Shown piece by piece: positions 27,201-39,640 of a stretch of 64,000 nt of DNA. The stretch comes from Sphaeroforma arctica JP610 (lineage: Eukaryota): assembly GCF_001186125.1 (NCBI RefSeq), contig NW_014040531.1:36289-100288 (forward strand), given 5' to 3'. The notes under the pieces were generated by a model. It did not search any database, was not told the origin of the DNA, and saw only the letters and a program-made list of their open reading frames with translations. Numbering within the stretch: the first letter of the stretch is position 1; each line of letters begins with the position of its first letter. The position numbers were made by a program, and so were the translations under genes.

Positions 27201-30200
27201 CACGCTGATAAGAGTATTCAACGACTTATCTGCATCTGTTTTCACTATCGGACTGGTTTCACGTAGTACAAATGCCGTAGACCAGCCAAACTTTTTTAAC
27301 TCACTTGTCACTCCACGTGTATCTCTCGAAATACCTCTTCTCACAGTGGTGGTTGTGCAGAAGGCTGAGGTTTACATGTTCGATGAGCCATCGTCGTACC
27401 TGGATATCAAGCAGCGTCTAAAGGCCGGCCAGGCCATCCGATCCCTGCTCACCCCCGAGAAGTACATTATCATTGTTGAGCACGATCTGTCTGTGTTGGA
27501 TTATCTTTCGGATTACGTATGTGTGCTGTACGGACTGCCGGGAGCTTACGGTGTCGTGACCATGCCTTTCTCTGTGCGAGAGGGTATCAATGTGTTCTTA
27601 GATGGGTTCGTGCCCACTGAGAATCTGCGGTTCCGACAGGAGTCGCTGAGTTTCAAGGTATGTAAGCACGTATCCAGCTTTATAGCCAGGAGTGAAACAT
27701 CCATTCGTCAAATTCTTCTAGCCGGCAGCGTTGCCGAAGATGAAATTTGTATTAGTTATTTGAATTTCAGACTAAGAATCGTAAATATCTGACGTGAGAC
27801 TTGCAACAAATATATATATGGAAGCTGAAGTGCCCAATATATTTACCACTGTTGTCGCCCTCTATCTCCATCTCGAAGGTATCAGATGCACTCGAACGTG
27901 ATGAGGGTAAGCAGCAGCACAGCAGTGTCTATCCCGATATGACCAAGAAGCTGGGTGATTTCAGCCTCGCTGTAGAAGAGGGTGGTTTCAAGGGTAAGCG
28001 TCTGTGTTTACTCAGGCTCGCTTTGTAGTCCTTACCGTCAGTTTTATTCACTGCGAAACAAGACATAGGGCGTACGGGACCGTCTTATATAATTTGATTT
28101 CTGTTGGTTCGATATTATTAGCCTGATTGTGCGTCTTCATCGTTCTTTATATGGCTTTAGATAATTCATGTCTTTCGAATCTCAGCCGCTCATAGGGACT
28201 GTCTCCAGTGTTCGCAAGTGAGAAATGCGAATGATTAGTAACGTATCGCTTACTTTGATTATCTTCTCACAAGTAATATTTACCAACAATTGATCACATA
28301 CCGCCTGGCACTTGCGCTTGCACTTTTCTGATTCATCTTGCCACCACCATGCTGACTCCCCGCAAATGTCCTTCGATTTCTAATACAGGATCAGAAATCG
28401 TTGTGTTACTGGGTGAGAACGGTATGGGTAAGACCACTTTCATTCGTCTGATGGCCGGTCTACTCAAGCCCGACGATGAGGAAATCTGTAAGTGATTTTA
28501 TGAGGTGGGCATTTGTTTTATTTTACTTCCTGTGTACTACCCCTGGTATCTACCTGAAGCAACTATTCTGATTTTTGGTTAGTGCCGCTGGACTATGGTC
28601 TCTTAATAAGTACCGAGTTCTGTACTTCATGATATGGTCACGTGAGTTTCACAATGTGTATGCATTGTACACAAACGTATAGATTGAGTATGGCCTGCGC
28701 GTTTATAATGGCTAAACCCGAACTCTTGCAAAATAACTGTTTAAATCTCATTGGCGCTCGTTCTATTATAAACCAATGCTCTTATACGAATCCGCCACAG
28801 CTGTACCCAAATTGAATATAAGTTACAAGCCTCAAAAGATCAGTCCCAAGTTTGAAGGTTCCGTGCGATCACTGCTACACATGCGCATCCGTGACGCTTA
28901 CGTCCTTCCTCAATTCGTAACGGATGTGATCAAGGTATGCCTGTCGTAACCGTGTATAGTATTTACGTGCCACGACATATTGGGAAGCGTGATATTTGAA
29001 TGTTATATTCTATGCTATATGGTATGAGAAGTCTCGCTTTCTTTGTGTCGCTGGCAAGGAATTTAATTGGGGGACTACGAAGATATGAAACTTCGTATCG
29101 GATCAGGTCGCAGGCATCTCGCTTAGTTTGTGTAAGGTGGAAGTTAACGTGTTTATATGCTGTTGAACGAAGAGGCTGAACGAGTTTAGCTGGCGTTTGC
29201 GTTAAGTATCACTTTGACGCTCTGCGGCTCTAGAACAACCCTTGGCACAATGTGCACGGACGTACACAAGTGCACACTCATATACACTCATACACAAACA
29301 GACGTGTATCAACACGCATGCACCCTTATACATACACTCACGTGGAGCATATGCAGACATGTTTGTACAGTTACACTTCTACACACAAATACGCGTACTG
29401 TACAACGCATGCATGTACGCTTGTACTATACACTCACTCGCCTGCAAGATATGAAGTCTGTATGTGCACCTACACTCACCAATACATGCACATTATACAC
29501 TCACCCGCAGCCCATGGGAGTAGATCGTCTAATGGACCAGGTGGTAGTGAACCTGTCTGGTGGTGAGTTGCAGCGTGTGGCTCTGTGCATGTGTTTGGGT
29601 ACCCCAGCCGACATCTATCTGATCGATGAGCCCTCAGCCTACCTAGACTCAGAACAGCGTATCATTGCCGCAAAGGTCATCAAGCGGTGAGTCTACATAG
29701 TTATTCACGTGTTTGAATATTTATAGTTTTGCATCTATGTAGTGCTGCTTGGTATGGATTCGATGTGGTCCCGCCTCAATTTCGTTTAGAGTTGAAAGAT
29801 TCCGTTATGATCAGATATTCATGCATAGTGCAACAAGCAGCCAAGCATACCAAGTCAAAACGGAGGTTGAAAGACAAGTATGTGTATCCTTCTCTTGCAT
29901 CACAAACACATTGTTGTGTCACACCATTGCGAACCGCTTCGGCTTAGAATCCGTCTACTATGTGGCTACGATTACCATCTTCCAATCCTGCAACTACTTT
30001 CGAGACAGGGTCCATGATCTATGTTTCGCGATAACTATCTTCTAATCCGTCGCAAATGCCTTCACAACCACAGCTTCATTCTACACGCCAAGAAGACCGC
30101 CTTCGTAGTCGAGCACGATTTCATTATGGCCACATACCTCGCCGATCGAGTGATTGTGTACGATGGTCAACCGTCCATCAAAGCTATTGCGAGATCGTAA

Positions 30201-31253
30201 GTTGGTTTGTTCGTAGTAGTCTCTTGCCGTGCGCGTCGCGTGTAAGAATTGTTTGTGGTCTGGACTGTGGGTGTATAGTGGTTGCCTTGATTGTACTGTG
30301 TACTTGTTGTGAGTGTGTCAGTGCGTACTTACAATTACTACGGGTTTCGCTTACAGAATGATTTTAATGATACTAAAACCACCCTCGTGGCCTTTATGGC
30401 CGTTGCTTGTCGTGCGCTGATCTGATGGAAACTCGAGTCTTTCGTATTGTACGATACAGTTTACAGATGTGAAGTTGTATGCGCGTTTGAATTGACTCGA
30501 TGCAACTGGTTCTACGTGCTGTGCTTTATATATATATATATGCGTGTGTGCTGTGATGTGCTTTATATATATATATATATATTCATACCTGCATACATAC
30601 ACACATATATTAATATATATGTGGTTGTATATTGATTTGTATGAACCGCTTCTAGAATACTTGACGTGAACCTAAATAAAGACACGAGTCAAGTTCACTT
30701 TACACGCACACCCAGGTATATATATTTATATTTGTGTCCACGTATATATTTCTATACGCTTATCTCTTACTCAATCGACTTCATTACTATTTCTACGCTG
30801 AAATGCAGACCTACCAATCTTCTGCAAGGAATGAATAAATTTTTGAAATCGCTCGACATCACTTTCCGTCGTGACCCAACGAATTACCGACCGCGAATCA
30901 ACAAAATGGACTCCATTAAGGTATACCTGTTTCTTTTCATTTGGTCGTTTTGATTGATTGATTCACTCCGCCCAATGAATGAAAACAAGTACATTCTGAA
31001 GTGATTTGGACAAGTTTCTACTGCTTATTGTCGGAGATGCATGCCGGATATCAACCGTTTTTGTTTTGTTTTTGCAACCACATTGATGCCAATATTATTC
31101 ACTACACAGCCAAAAGTTGGAACAACCCCTGTTTTTCATTGAAGTTTGTGTGGCTTTATACGAGAGTTCGTATTCATCCTGATTCTTGCTTTTGAAACAC
31201 AGGATGCTGAGCAAAAGAAGTCCGGGACCTATTTCTACATGGACGACAAATGA
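23966..31253 (+). CDS. ABCE1: ABCE1/RLI1 ribosome recycling ATPase (2x[4Fe-4S] domain plus twin ABC NBDs); 13 exons, 601 aa
   Basis: Exons 23966-24068, 25096-25181, 25586-25683, 26083-26339, 26720-26860, 27347-27657, 27879-27993, 28389-28487, 28801-28934, 29511-29686, 30074-30196, 30809-30920, 31203-31253 (1806 nt, in frame). Motifs [45 protein letters not shown] x2, [30 protein letters not shown]. Confidence 0.98.
24172..24415. repeat. (TA)n/(TG)n/(TATG)n microsatellite in ABCE1 intron 1
   Basis: Seen directly in the sequence. Confidence 0.9.
26930..27083. repeat. About 63 bp tandem repeat, 2.5 copies, in ABCE1 intron 5
   Basis: taatgtt.gtt.gcctta.tgggcaatttggtagtgactggcaatgtct.tgaatgctat is repeated. 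Confidence 0.85.
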
Positions 31254-32039
31254 GTGCCATAAACACCTACACGCTATGACCGAGTGTGGAGGCTGTTTGC
31301 ATTTGCCAAACTGGTCTTACTGTAAATAGAAATGCATGTAGCGTATATAAGGTTTCTGTATATATAAGTGTACACTTCCGTGCGCGCCTACAGGGGTGTA
31401 TATACCCGCATACAAATGGGTAGACATTTGTGTCCACCCGAAACGCCAGGTATTTATATCTTCAAAAGGTATTGTCCTGCGGTCAAGGTCGCTTCCAATG
31501 CGCCGGAAGTACAGGTCTTGGAGTGGATTTCTGGATTCCTGAGTCCTTACCACATGCGTTCTAGCCCACTGATTCGAAGTTTGTAACGTGTAGAGCTACA
31601 TTAGCTGCACTATATTAAACTTAAGATAGCCAATTGAAGAAGGGTAAGCATGCTTGCTACTCAGGATCCGTGGCGATTTTAATGCTCATCGTGGTACAAG
31701 ATGACACAGTTTATTTTCTTGCTTTTCTCTCATTAACGGTTATGTATGGTCAATGCCCAGGACACCGAAAAGTTGTACACCTACCATAATTCGGATAATC
31801 TTGTTCCGCTTAAAGAGCTCATCTATCATTTGTAGGATCCTCTGCGACTTGTAGCGAGCTGCCGTAAATTATGTCATGCTTCGTCGAATATTGTGTTTAA
31901 AACTCTGATTCCAGCTTCGTGAGTTTTTATTTATCCACGAAAGCAGTTGTACAGATGCTTCACAAATGTGACACTGAGATTGATAGCTATGGGAGGATTC
32001 TCAGTTTCAAGTTTTGGTTTTATATATTGTATTTTGGTA

Positions 32040-34435
32040 TATGCAGACTTCATATACTTAGTATACTGAGGTGTTAACATATTAAGCAGTTATATTAAAA
32101 TAACAAGAAGATTCGAACAGCCGAATACACTAAGCTCAGTTCCGTGTTTACCACTGTCGTCGTCTTGGGGCAGGTTTTCATGCTCACGAATGCAAGCGCA
32201 ATTTCTTAACAACGTCGAAGAGTGTTCGCTGATACAGTAGAAAAGATTGAGGGCGAGAAGGGATTCAACTGTGCCTCTGGAGTGTTGACTGAAACCACTG
32301 CTCTGACTGAGGGCGACTCATACAAACGCTTCACAGGAGGCAGATACTGCAATAGTACACTCATCTGGTTCGCACATCGCCTTAGCGCTGATCACCTATG
32401 GAGAAAACAAAACAGAGTGCAAGGATTACCGACGAGAAGAAGGCCTTCGTCGCACTTGATAATGGTGAAGCAGATATGCTAATGTGATATTATAGATTCT
32501 GTGGGTACGCGTCCTGATATCGCTTCCGCGACCAGTCCACTAAGTAGATACCTCGACCAACCGACCAAAGCGAGAGAGGCCGCTGCAAGAAATTTATGCG
32601 GATACTTAGATGCTACCATGCATTGGGGAATATACTTCAAGGCCGGGAAAGACTTGGAGCTTTGTGCTTATGCAGAGGCGAGCTATGGGGGAGTGAACGA
32701 CAAACGATCGCGTACTGGTTACTTGGTATTTCTCACTAATGCGTCAGTATACTGGGGGGCGGGTGGGGTGGGGGGTCAGACCCTTGTCACTTTAAGCACT
32801 TCCGAGTCTGAGTATGTTAATCTTGCAGAGTCCTGTCGTGATGTCAAGACCGCCTTGAACTTGCTACCTGAGCTAAGACGAGCTATTGATCGACCGGCAG
32901 TGTGCTACGAGGACAGTCAGACTGCTAAGATGACGGAAGAATTGTAAGCATTTTGATTTCAAATATTATTATGTGCGAGAGCTATGTGCAAAGAAGACTG
33001 TCGTATTGGAGGACTGCTGGTCTGATTTGATGATTGCAGATGCATTGACCAAGGCGTTGCCTAACGTTGCCTTCGTGAAGCACCGAGGCCACATGATGAA
33101 ACACCGATGTTACCGATATGCTGTCGTGACTACATCTCTATGTCGTTGTGGTCAGTTTGTGGGGGAGACACATGTCGTTCGTTGTTTCAGATCTTTTGTC
33201 CATAGGGGAGTGTTAAAAATCATATTGTCAGGCCTGGATGATGAAGTATTGGACTCAGACTTAGTTCGTCGACAAATTGATATTCTAAGTGTGTTTTCAT
33301 ATGTTGTGTTTACGAACATATTTTGTGTGCCGATTTTGTTTCACTTATTGAATGTACGATTATGTGACATGTATCATTTATAGGGAATAATCTTCTCGTT
33401 AATATGACACCTTGGCCGTTTTCTTTGAGTGACTATTCGTTGAGATATTGGACTTAAGATTAATTGTGTTTGTAAATATTGTGTTTGTGTTTTCAGAGAT
33501 GGAATTGAAGTAGACCGCACGCATCCGGTGGAATTTCTTTGGCAAAAGAAAATTTTCGAGCCGAGAGGGCCGTTCAATTTTGGCGAGAAATAGTATAGAT
33601 AAAATGTAAATAAGGTTGACTTTCACAGAGTTCAAAAATTCACATGAAAGCAGTCATCGCATGAATGTGTGGTACTTCGAATATTGGATTTATGAACCCC
33701 CTAGTGCCATAAGCAAGAAAAATGAGCATCGCAAGTATATTTGAACATATTTCCAGACAAAACAGTATAAAAAACCATATCTATATAGTACATCACTTAC
33801 TTGATATGGCACGTGCCATATAAATTAGATGCTTCGATAAAAAATGCAGCATTGCTGCCCCTACCGGAATGAATTTTGCATAGACAAAAAGGCTTCGCTT
33901 CTGCGACAAGTTTTGTTACTTGTACTATGGTCTGTGCAGTCAATCAACTATACGAAACCCTACATCGATACGATATTCTACCCGCTTGCATGTTGTTTGC
34001 ATCATCTAATGTGTGGTACAATGGGGCACCTCGAACATATGCTTAGACATGGTTCCAAGAAGCATTTTGTTGTATTCGCTTTCGTAACACAGTTAGTGGG
34101 GAAGTATAGTATTATCGACTCCGTACAACTTGATCACGTTCGATGGTACGTGTCTGGACATATATTCTTGTCAATACATTGAGACGTATTCTAAAAGACA
34201 TGCCGAATAACATTGAGGCACAGAATAAAAGCACAGCACGTATATTGTAATCTGCTGTAAATTTATCGTTCGGACTACTTGCTGGCTTCTGACTACATTG
34301 ACAAACTCCACTGGCGACAGGCGGGCACATGAATCAATATATTGTATCAAAGGAGTATATTAACTATTGACAGCATCACAATTTCGTTTGGATCCGGAAT
34401 TTATCACATTTTAGACATACACCAGACTCCAGGAT
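32040..34435 (+). repeat. Degenerate duplicated unit, copy 1 (blocks A 32040-32360, B 33660-33885, C 33955-34435), interrupted by the Copia remnant
   Basis: A matches 43660-43960, B matches 44120-44340 and C matches 43095-43600 (for example agattcgaacagcc.aatac, ttggatttatgaacccc, catcacttacttgatatggc, ttcgtaacacagttagtgggga, tttggatccggaatttat). Confidence 0.85.
32490..33410 (+). mobile_element. Ty1/Copia 3' remnant: RT C-terminus, RNase H, PPT and start of the 3' LTR
   Basis: TRPDIA..LSRY, YAEASYG..DKRSRTGY, TLSTSESEY, CYEDSQ, MIADALTKAL. The purine tract AGGGGAG at 33204-33210 is followed directly by TGTT at 33211. The LTR end is uncertain (possibly TGACA near 33409). Confidence 0.85.
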
Positions 34436-34992
34436 ATTTAATATTTTGTCAAGGTTAACATACAGTAATAAGAGTGTCAATGCTCAGTCTATTTGTTGTG
34501 CCTCTGAGATTTATAGCTGAATGATCAGGGCACTTCCTTGTATATGTCATATATGTGTAGCTATTTCACTATCCTTAGCTTTCGGCGATAACAATATATT
34601 TTCCCGTCTCTCTCAGTACCCTCGTGGCATCTTCATTTCCAGTATCTGCATCTTTCCTCGTGGTCCTTTCCTTCATGCATCTGGTATAGATGAAGCCAGC
34701 TAACCAGGACCTCCTGCGGCCACAGACATACACCTACCTCCATTGAAGTAGTGCATCCCACCAACAAGTTACTGCACATTGTGTAACTACTCGCAAAGTC
34801 TTCTCAATATAGCTGTTAATCATTATGTATGTGACTCTCCGATCCCATCTGCTGTCAATCATTGTGTGCTGACCCCTCGTAGTTTGGTACCCTCCGTGTA
34901 CCGAACTCCAGCCCTGTAGGTCATTGCATCCCTCCAAGCACGTACGTCTGTCGATGAAGCAGTTAAGTCTATCGACGAAGCGTGCCGCATAG

Positions 34993-35735
34993 CTGACAGG
35001 CTGGCCCGTTCATATGATAGTATATAAAGAAACCTGGCCACTCTGGTGACGCAAGCTTACACATATATGTGTATATAGTATAGTTGTTGGCATCCTAGGA
35101 AGACTCTCTCGTGTTGTATGAATATAAATATATGACCGAACCTCTCCTTATCCCTGCCCTGCCAAACTAGGCCCACTTGTCGAACCTGCCAGAGCTGTAG
35201 ACGGCTTTGTCGGCACTCGGGGCTGTATGCAATGCGCTGTGCTCAAATAAGTTTGTACGAGTATGTTTATAGGCATAGGTGAACGCTACCCGCCGAGCTC
35301 AACAAGTGTTAATTTCAGTCTGACATGACACTGCCTCCAGACATGTGAAAGTTCCGATGACAGGATTGGTCCGTTCATATGAATGTATATAAAGAAAGCT
35401 GGCCACTCTGGTGATGCAAGCTTGCACATATATGTGTATAAAGTATAGTTGTTGGTACCGTAGGAAATCCCCTTCATCGTGGTGTATGGATATAATTATA
35501 TGACCGAGCCGCTCCTTATCCCTGTCCTGCCAAACTAGACCCTCTTGTCGTACCTCCCAGAGCTGTAGACGGCTTTGTCGGCACTCGGGGCTGTATGCAA
35601 TACGCTGTGTTCGAATAAGTTTGTACGTGTATGTTTATGGGCATAGGTGAACGCCACCCACAACTGAGCTCAACAAGTGTTAATCCCAGTCTGCCATGAC
35701 GCCGCCTCCAGACAAGTCGTAAAGGTTCCAATGAC
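34993..35735. repeat. About 365 bp direct tandem duplication at the 3' end of the Gypsy relic
   Basis: ccgttcatatga..tatataaagaaa.ctggccactctggtga ... agagctgtagacggctttgtcggcactcggggctgtatgcaat ... gagctcaacaagtgttaat occurs twice. Confidence 0.9.
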
Positions 35736-37490
35736 TGCATTCCTCTCCTCATCCGGGGTGACATCGAACGGACTGTCATATAGGAGCAAATTCGTGTACA
35801 TGGTACCCGTAGGGCACAGCTGTGCCTTGCCGCGCTCTAGCTTGCCTATGGGTATACGATACGCCCGCATGTCCGCAACGTGAACCCGATACAACTTGCC
35901 CGTTGCCCGAAATCTTACAATGTGGTACACCGGCGGATTTAACGTGGCCACCTCCGCCGGCCCACAAACTCCGCTTGAGAACCGTAGAGAAACTTTGCTG
36001 ACCAAAACATCACCATCCGGCCCACGTTGAACATTGGCACATTGTCCCTCTACTTATTTGCTGCTCGAGCCTGTGCCAACTGAGCCTTGCCGTCCATTGC
36101 CCACGCTTGCTTCTCCACCACCACCGGCTCGAGTTCCAAGAGTTCTGGTGTAGCGAAGTCACCTGTTGTCACCCTTGATGATTTCCACCAGATTACCATC
36201 TGCATGCTGGGAGAACAACCGGTCGTTTGTTGCCCGGGTGTACGGCGCCAAACCTGTTGTGAATGACTGAATTGCGTTGTACGCTGAAATGAACTCTGCT
36301 ATTGCGCCCGGCCCAAATAGCCTCGTTTGCAGCCGAGCGAAAGCGTGAGAGTCAGCGGTTGCATGTAAGACAGAGCACCTCTACCAGCTCATTTGCCTGC
36401 TGTCGGCTAAACTGCCTTTCGTACCGGGTCCACTCAGATCTACTTTGAAGCGCACCACGCGGTAGACTCGTTGACCATCAATGTACTGTCCTCGTCCGCA
36501 GTTAACTGGCGTTGTGGCCATCCCCACGGAACTATCTGCTGTTCTACAAATCGGTTGGTCTTCGCGAATGTATGTTCATGCCGTCGTATGGGCCGCCCCG
36601 CCGCTATGCGCGACATACTACCAATAATCAATAAGATGAAATTATACCCATCCGGACTACGAGTGTGATAGTAATAATCCATGTGGCTTGCTGCACCAAA
36701 CACCCGTGCCCGTGTCAGCTGGCATAGAAGCCCGCGCCTCAAACACACCGTTGCCCTTCTGCGGGCAATACACATCGTAAATGTGACAAAAGTGTTCAGA
36801 TCCCGCGGGATATTCTAAAATAACCCTCTGATCCTTGGCGGTCGTGCACACCTTTTGTTTTAGGGAAGGACCAGACCAAACTTAACACAAGGGCTGGCTT
36901 TGCACCCTTCCCACTTTTCCAAGTTGGCACCACTTTCTGACCACCCAATACATCAAACATAGAACGGGGTAGCCTTCTCTTAAGCCAAAGCACCTCTACC
37001 CTCTGGAACACTACAGTCATACTCCCGCTATAATCTTCCACACGGTCTGATACTGAAAGATTTTGTGTGGGTTGGGCTGCATAGCGTATCTCCGAGTGGG
37101 CCCGAGGCAAAACATCTTCCTTATAAGTCCGATCGTCAGTTTGACCACCCTTGTGCCCTTTCTGGAACTCCTGAATTTGCTGTAACGATTGCAACTGTTG
37201 CTCATTCTAATCTGTCAGCGGTTCAGCGATTTGTTGCCAGCCATTGAACACAACCTAGAATATCATTTTTCACCTACCGAGTACTGAGGCGCTGCTGCCA
37301 AGAACACTCTCACTCCCTCTGTTCTCCTTTCATCGCCGACCGCTGCTTCTGCAGCAAACGAATCCTTCCTACACTACTGATGTTGTTCACTCGCTGGCTG
37401 TTCACCTGGCCCCCTTACAAGGTCCGGACCATCCATTCGCCTCGTCGGCATCCTGGACCCTTCCTCACATCTGTCCCCTCTTTGACCACG
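34993..37490 (-). mobile_element. Ty3/Gypsy-type retrotransposon relic (integrase core plus GPY/F region; RT/RNase H not seen; frameshifted)
   Basis: Minus-strand peptides HMDYY..DGYNFILLIIGSMSR, WGWPQRQLTADEDS, QQANELVE, ISAYNAIQSFTTGLAPY and GPAEV..YRVHVADMRAY are typical Gypsy integrase motifs. Boundaries are approximate. Confidence 0.75.
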
Positions 37491-39264
37491 CTTTTTTTTC
37501 TTTCTTTTACAACCACTTAACATTGTCTCAATTATTATGTTCCTATCATCTAGGTCAATACCTAGGATTGCAACACTTAAAATCAGACAACCCTATCATC
37601 ATGGATGTTTCAGAACCCAACTAAGAACTGAAGTGGACACGTCTGAACATAACAGGCGACAACTACGACAAATGGTTACAGTATCTTACACTTGCAGCCA
37701 ATACAGACTATGTAGGTGACATTGAATCAGTTTTCAACTACAAATATGTCAAACAAGAACTATTAGCACGCCCTGCAGCTTCACCAGTCAAAAAACAGAC
37801 ACCAGCCACAGATCGAAGACGATTGGAAGCCCGCAAAACCTTCAGCAAAAACACTAACTAAAGATTACGGACGCTACCAAAGGTGCGGCGATGTCTACTT
37901 CGATCACTTAGCGAGGAGGTCATGGACTCACTCGCACGTGAGGAACTCATGGACGACCCCTGGACTCTACTCTTCTATCTCAAGAAATTGTATTCTCATA
38001 TGTCGACAAACGTTTCGAATACAATCACTCTTGAACTCCTACAAGAATTTCGTCGAGCCGAAGATGACACTATCCGAGCTTGGTCCCGACGATGTGCTCG
38101 CATCTGTACTGATGCTAAATCCCAAGGCACCCGCTTCTCTCCGGCCTTCATGCAAGGTATGTTTATATCGGGTCTCGGCGACCCCGACAAGGATATAATC
38201 AAACATTACTTGGTCAATAATGCTGAACGTGAAACCCTTACACCTATTGACTTATGTGTACGACTAGAGTAGTGGAACAAAGTCACCCCCATGGTCAACG
38301 CATACGCTACCCCTAAGACAGCAGCTATCTCCACCACATCAGCATCCAAATCACCTCCAACTACGGCCGCTTTATTGGTTACACTATTGAAGCGGAGGAC
38401 ACCTACCACACGCCCTCCCATACCGTGTTTTGTGTGCTATACCACAGGCCATAGTTCTAACAATCATCACAAAGGGTGTAAAAAATGTGGTGCGAAAGGA
38501 CACAAAGGGGAATCTTGCACCGCGACCAACCTGAACTGTACTACATGTAATCGCACCAGCCATGTCCAGGAAGTCTGTAACAAACGTATAAATAAACAGA
38601 ACTACAATTATGTTGGTCCCACTTTAGCATCCTTACGCCCCAGAATCAAGGCACTACACAACCCCAATAATAGCTTCCTTATCGATGGCGGTGCCGTCAC
38701 AACTCACGATACTTGCTCGATGCAAGATCGAGACAGGAACTTTCCCACTACTTCTCGCGGACGACAGCGAATGTATCGTCGACGAACGCGGCCACTTACC
38801 GCAACTGGGTACCATATATATCAGTCCAACAGTGAAACAGCAATTGCTATCTCAGAACAATTTACAAGAAGGTGGCTACGACATCTACTTTAAGGGCAAC
38901 ACAAAGACTTGTATTCTCTCCAAGGTCAATAACACCCTTTCTATCCCTCGTACTCAAAGGGGGTATAAAGCATCTTGCTCAGACATTATTACACAAATCA
39001 TATCCACCACTGAGAATAACAATCATGACGCACCACAACACACAGGTACATCTTGCGCCACGCCACCTATGGTATGTACCGCCACCCCAGCACCCACCGC
39101 GGACACCACAACCCCAGCATCACCGAATCTTACAACTTCGACCACCACACAAACATACGATGAATTCCACAGCATCAATAGCCATCGCAGCCGCAACACC
39201 ACTTTAAAAATGACAGCCAAGAAAGGGATCATACTGACGCACACACCACCTGTCGGAGTGACAA

Positions 39265-39640
39265 CGGAAGAATGGATGATCAATATGCAAGATTTTCAAC
39301 AAGGCATGAATCACATAGAATTCCAACCCTCCATTGACCTATTTGCTTACAAGTGTACGCGTTGCCACAGACGGGCGTAAAATAGATCTTCTGAAGGAAC
39401 GAGCATACGCTAATCCAATTTGGCCAGACACATCTGAACTACTCGACAGCATTATCAATACCGCCGCTACCGCCGCAATACTCATCCCACTCCGTCCACA
39501 CGCAAAGTGGTGGAATAAGCTTCTTGTGCGCTTTCAGTATGCTTTATATATATTCCAGAACCACCCTAGCACTATCCTTCGCCACGATTTCACCGCGGTA
39601 GGAAAACCTTCCTGGGCTTACTCTCTCATCGCCAAAATTG
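39265..39640 (+). pseudogene. N6-adenine DNA methyltransferase-like (phage Dam/DIRS MT-like) domain embedded in Copia pol
   Basis: EEWMINMQDFQQGMNHIEFQPSIDLFA (ORF 38685 frame), frameshift, then ATDGRKIDLLKERAYANPIWPDTSELLDSIINTAATAAILIPLRPHAKWWNKL...GKPSW. This follows the W..F....DLFA, DG, YANPP[WY], L.P.R...WW order of this family. The assignment is by motif recognition only. Confidence 0.68.
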
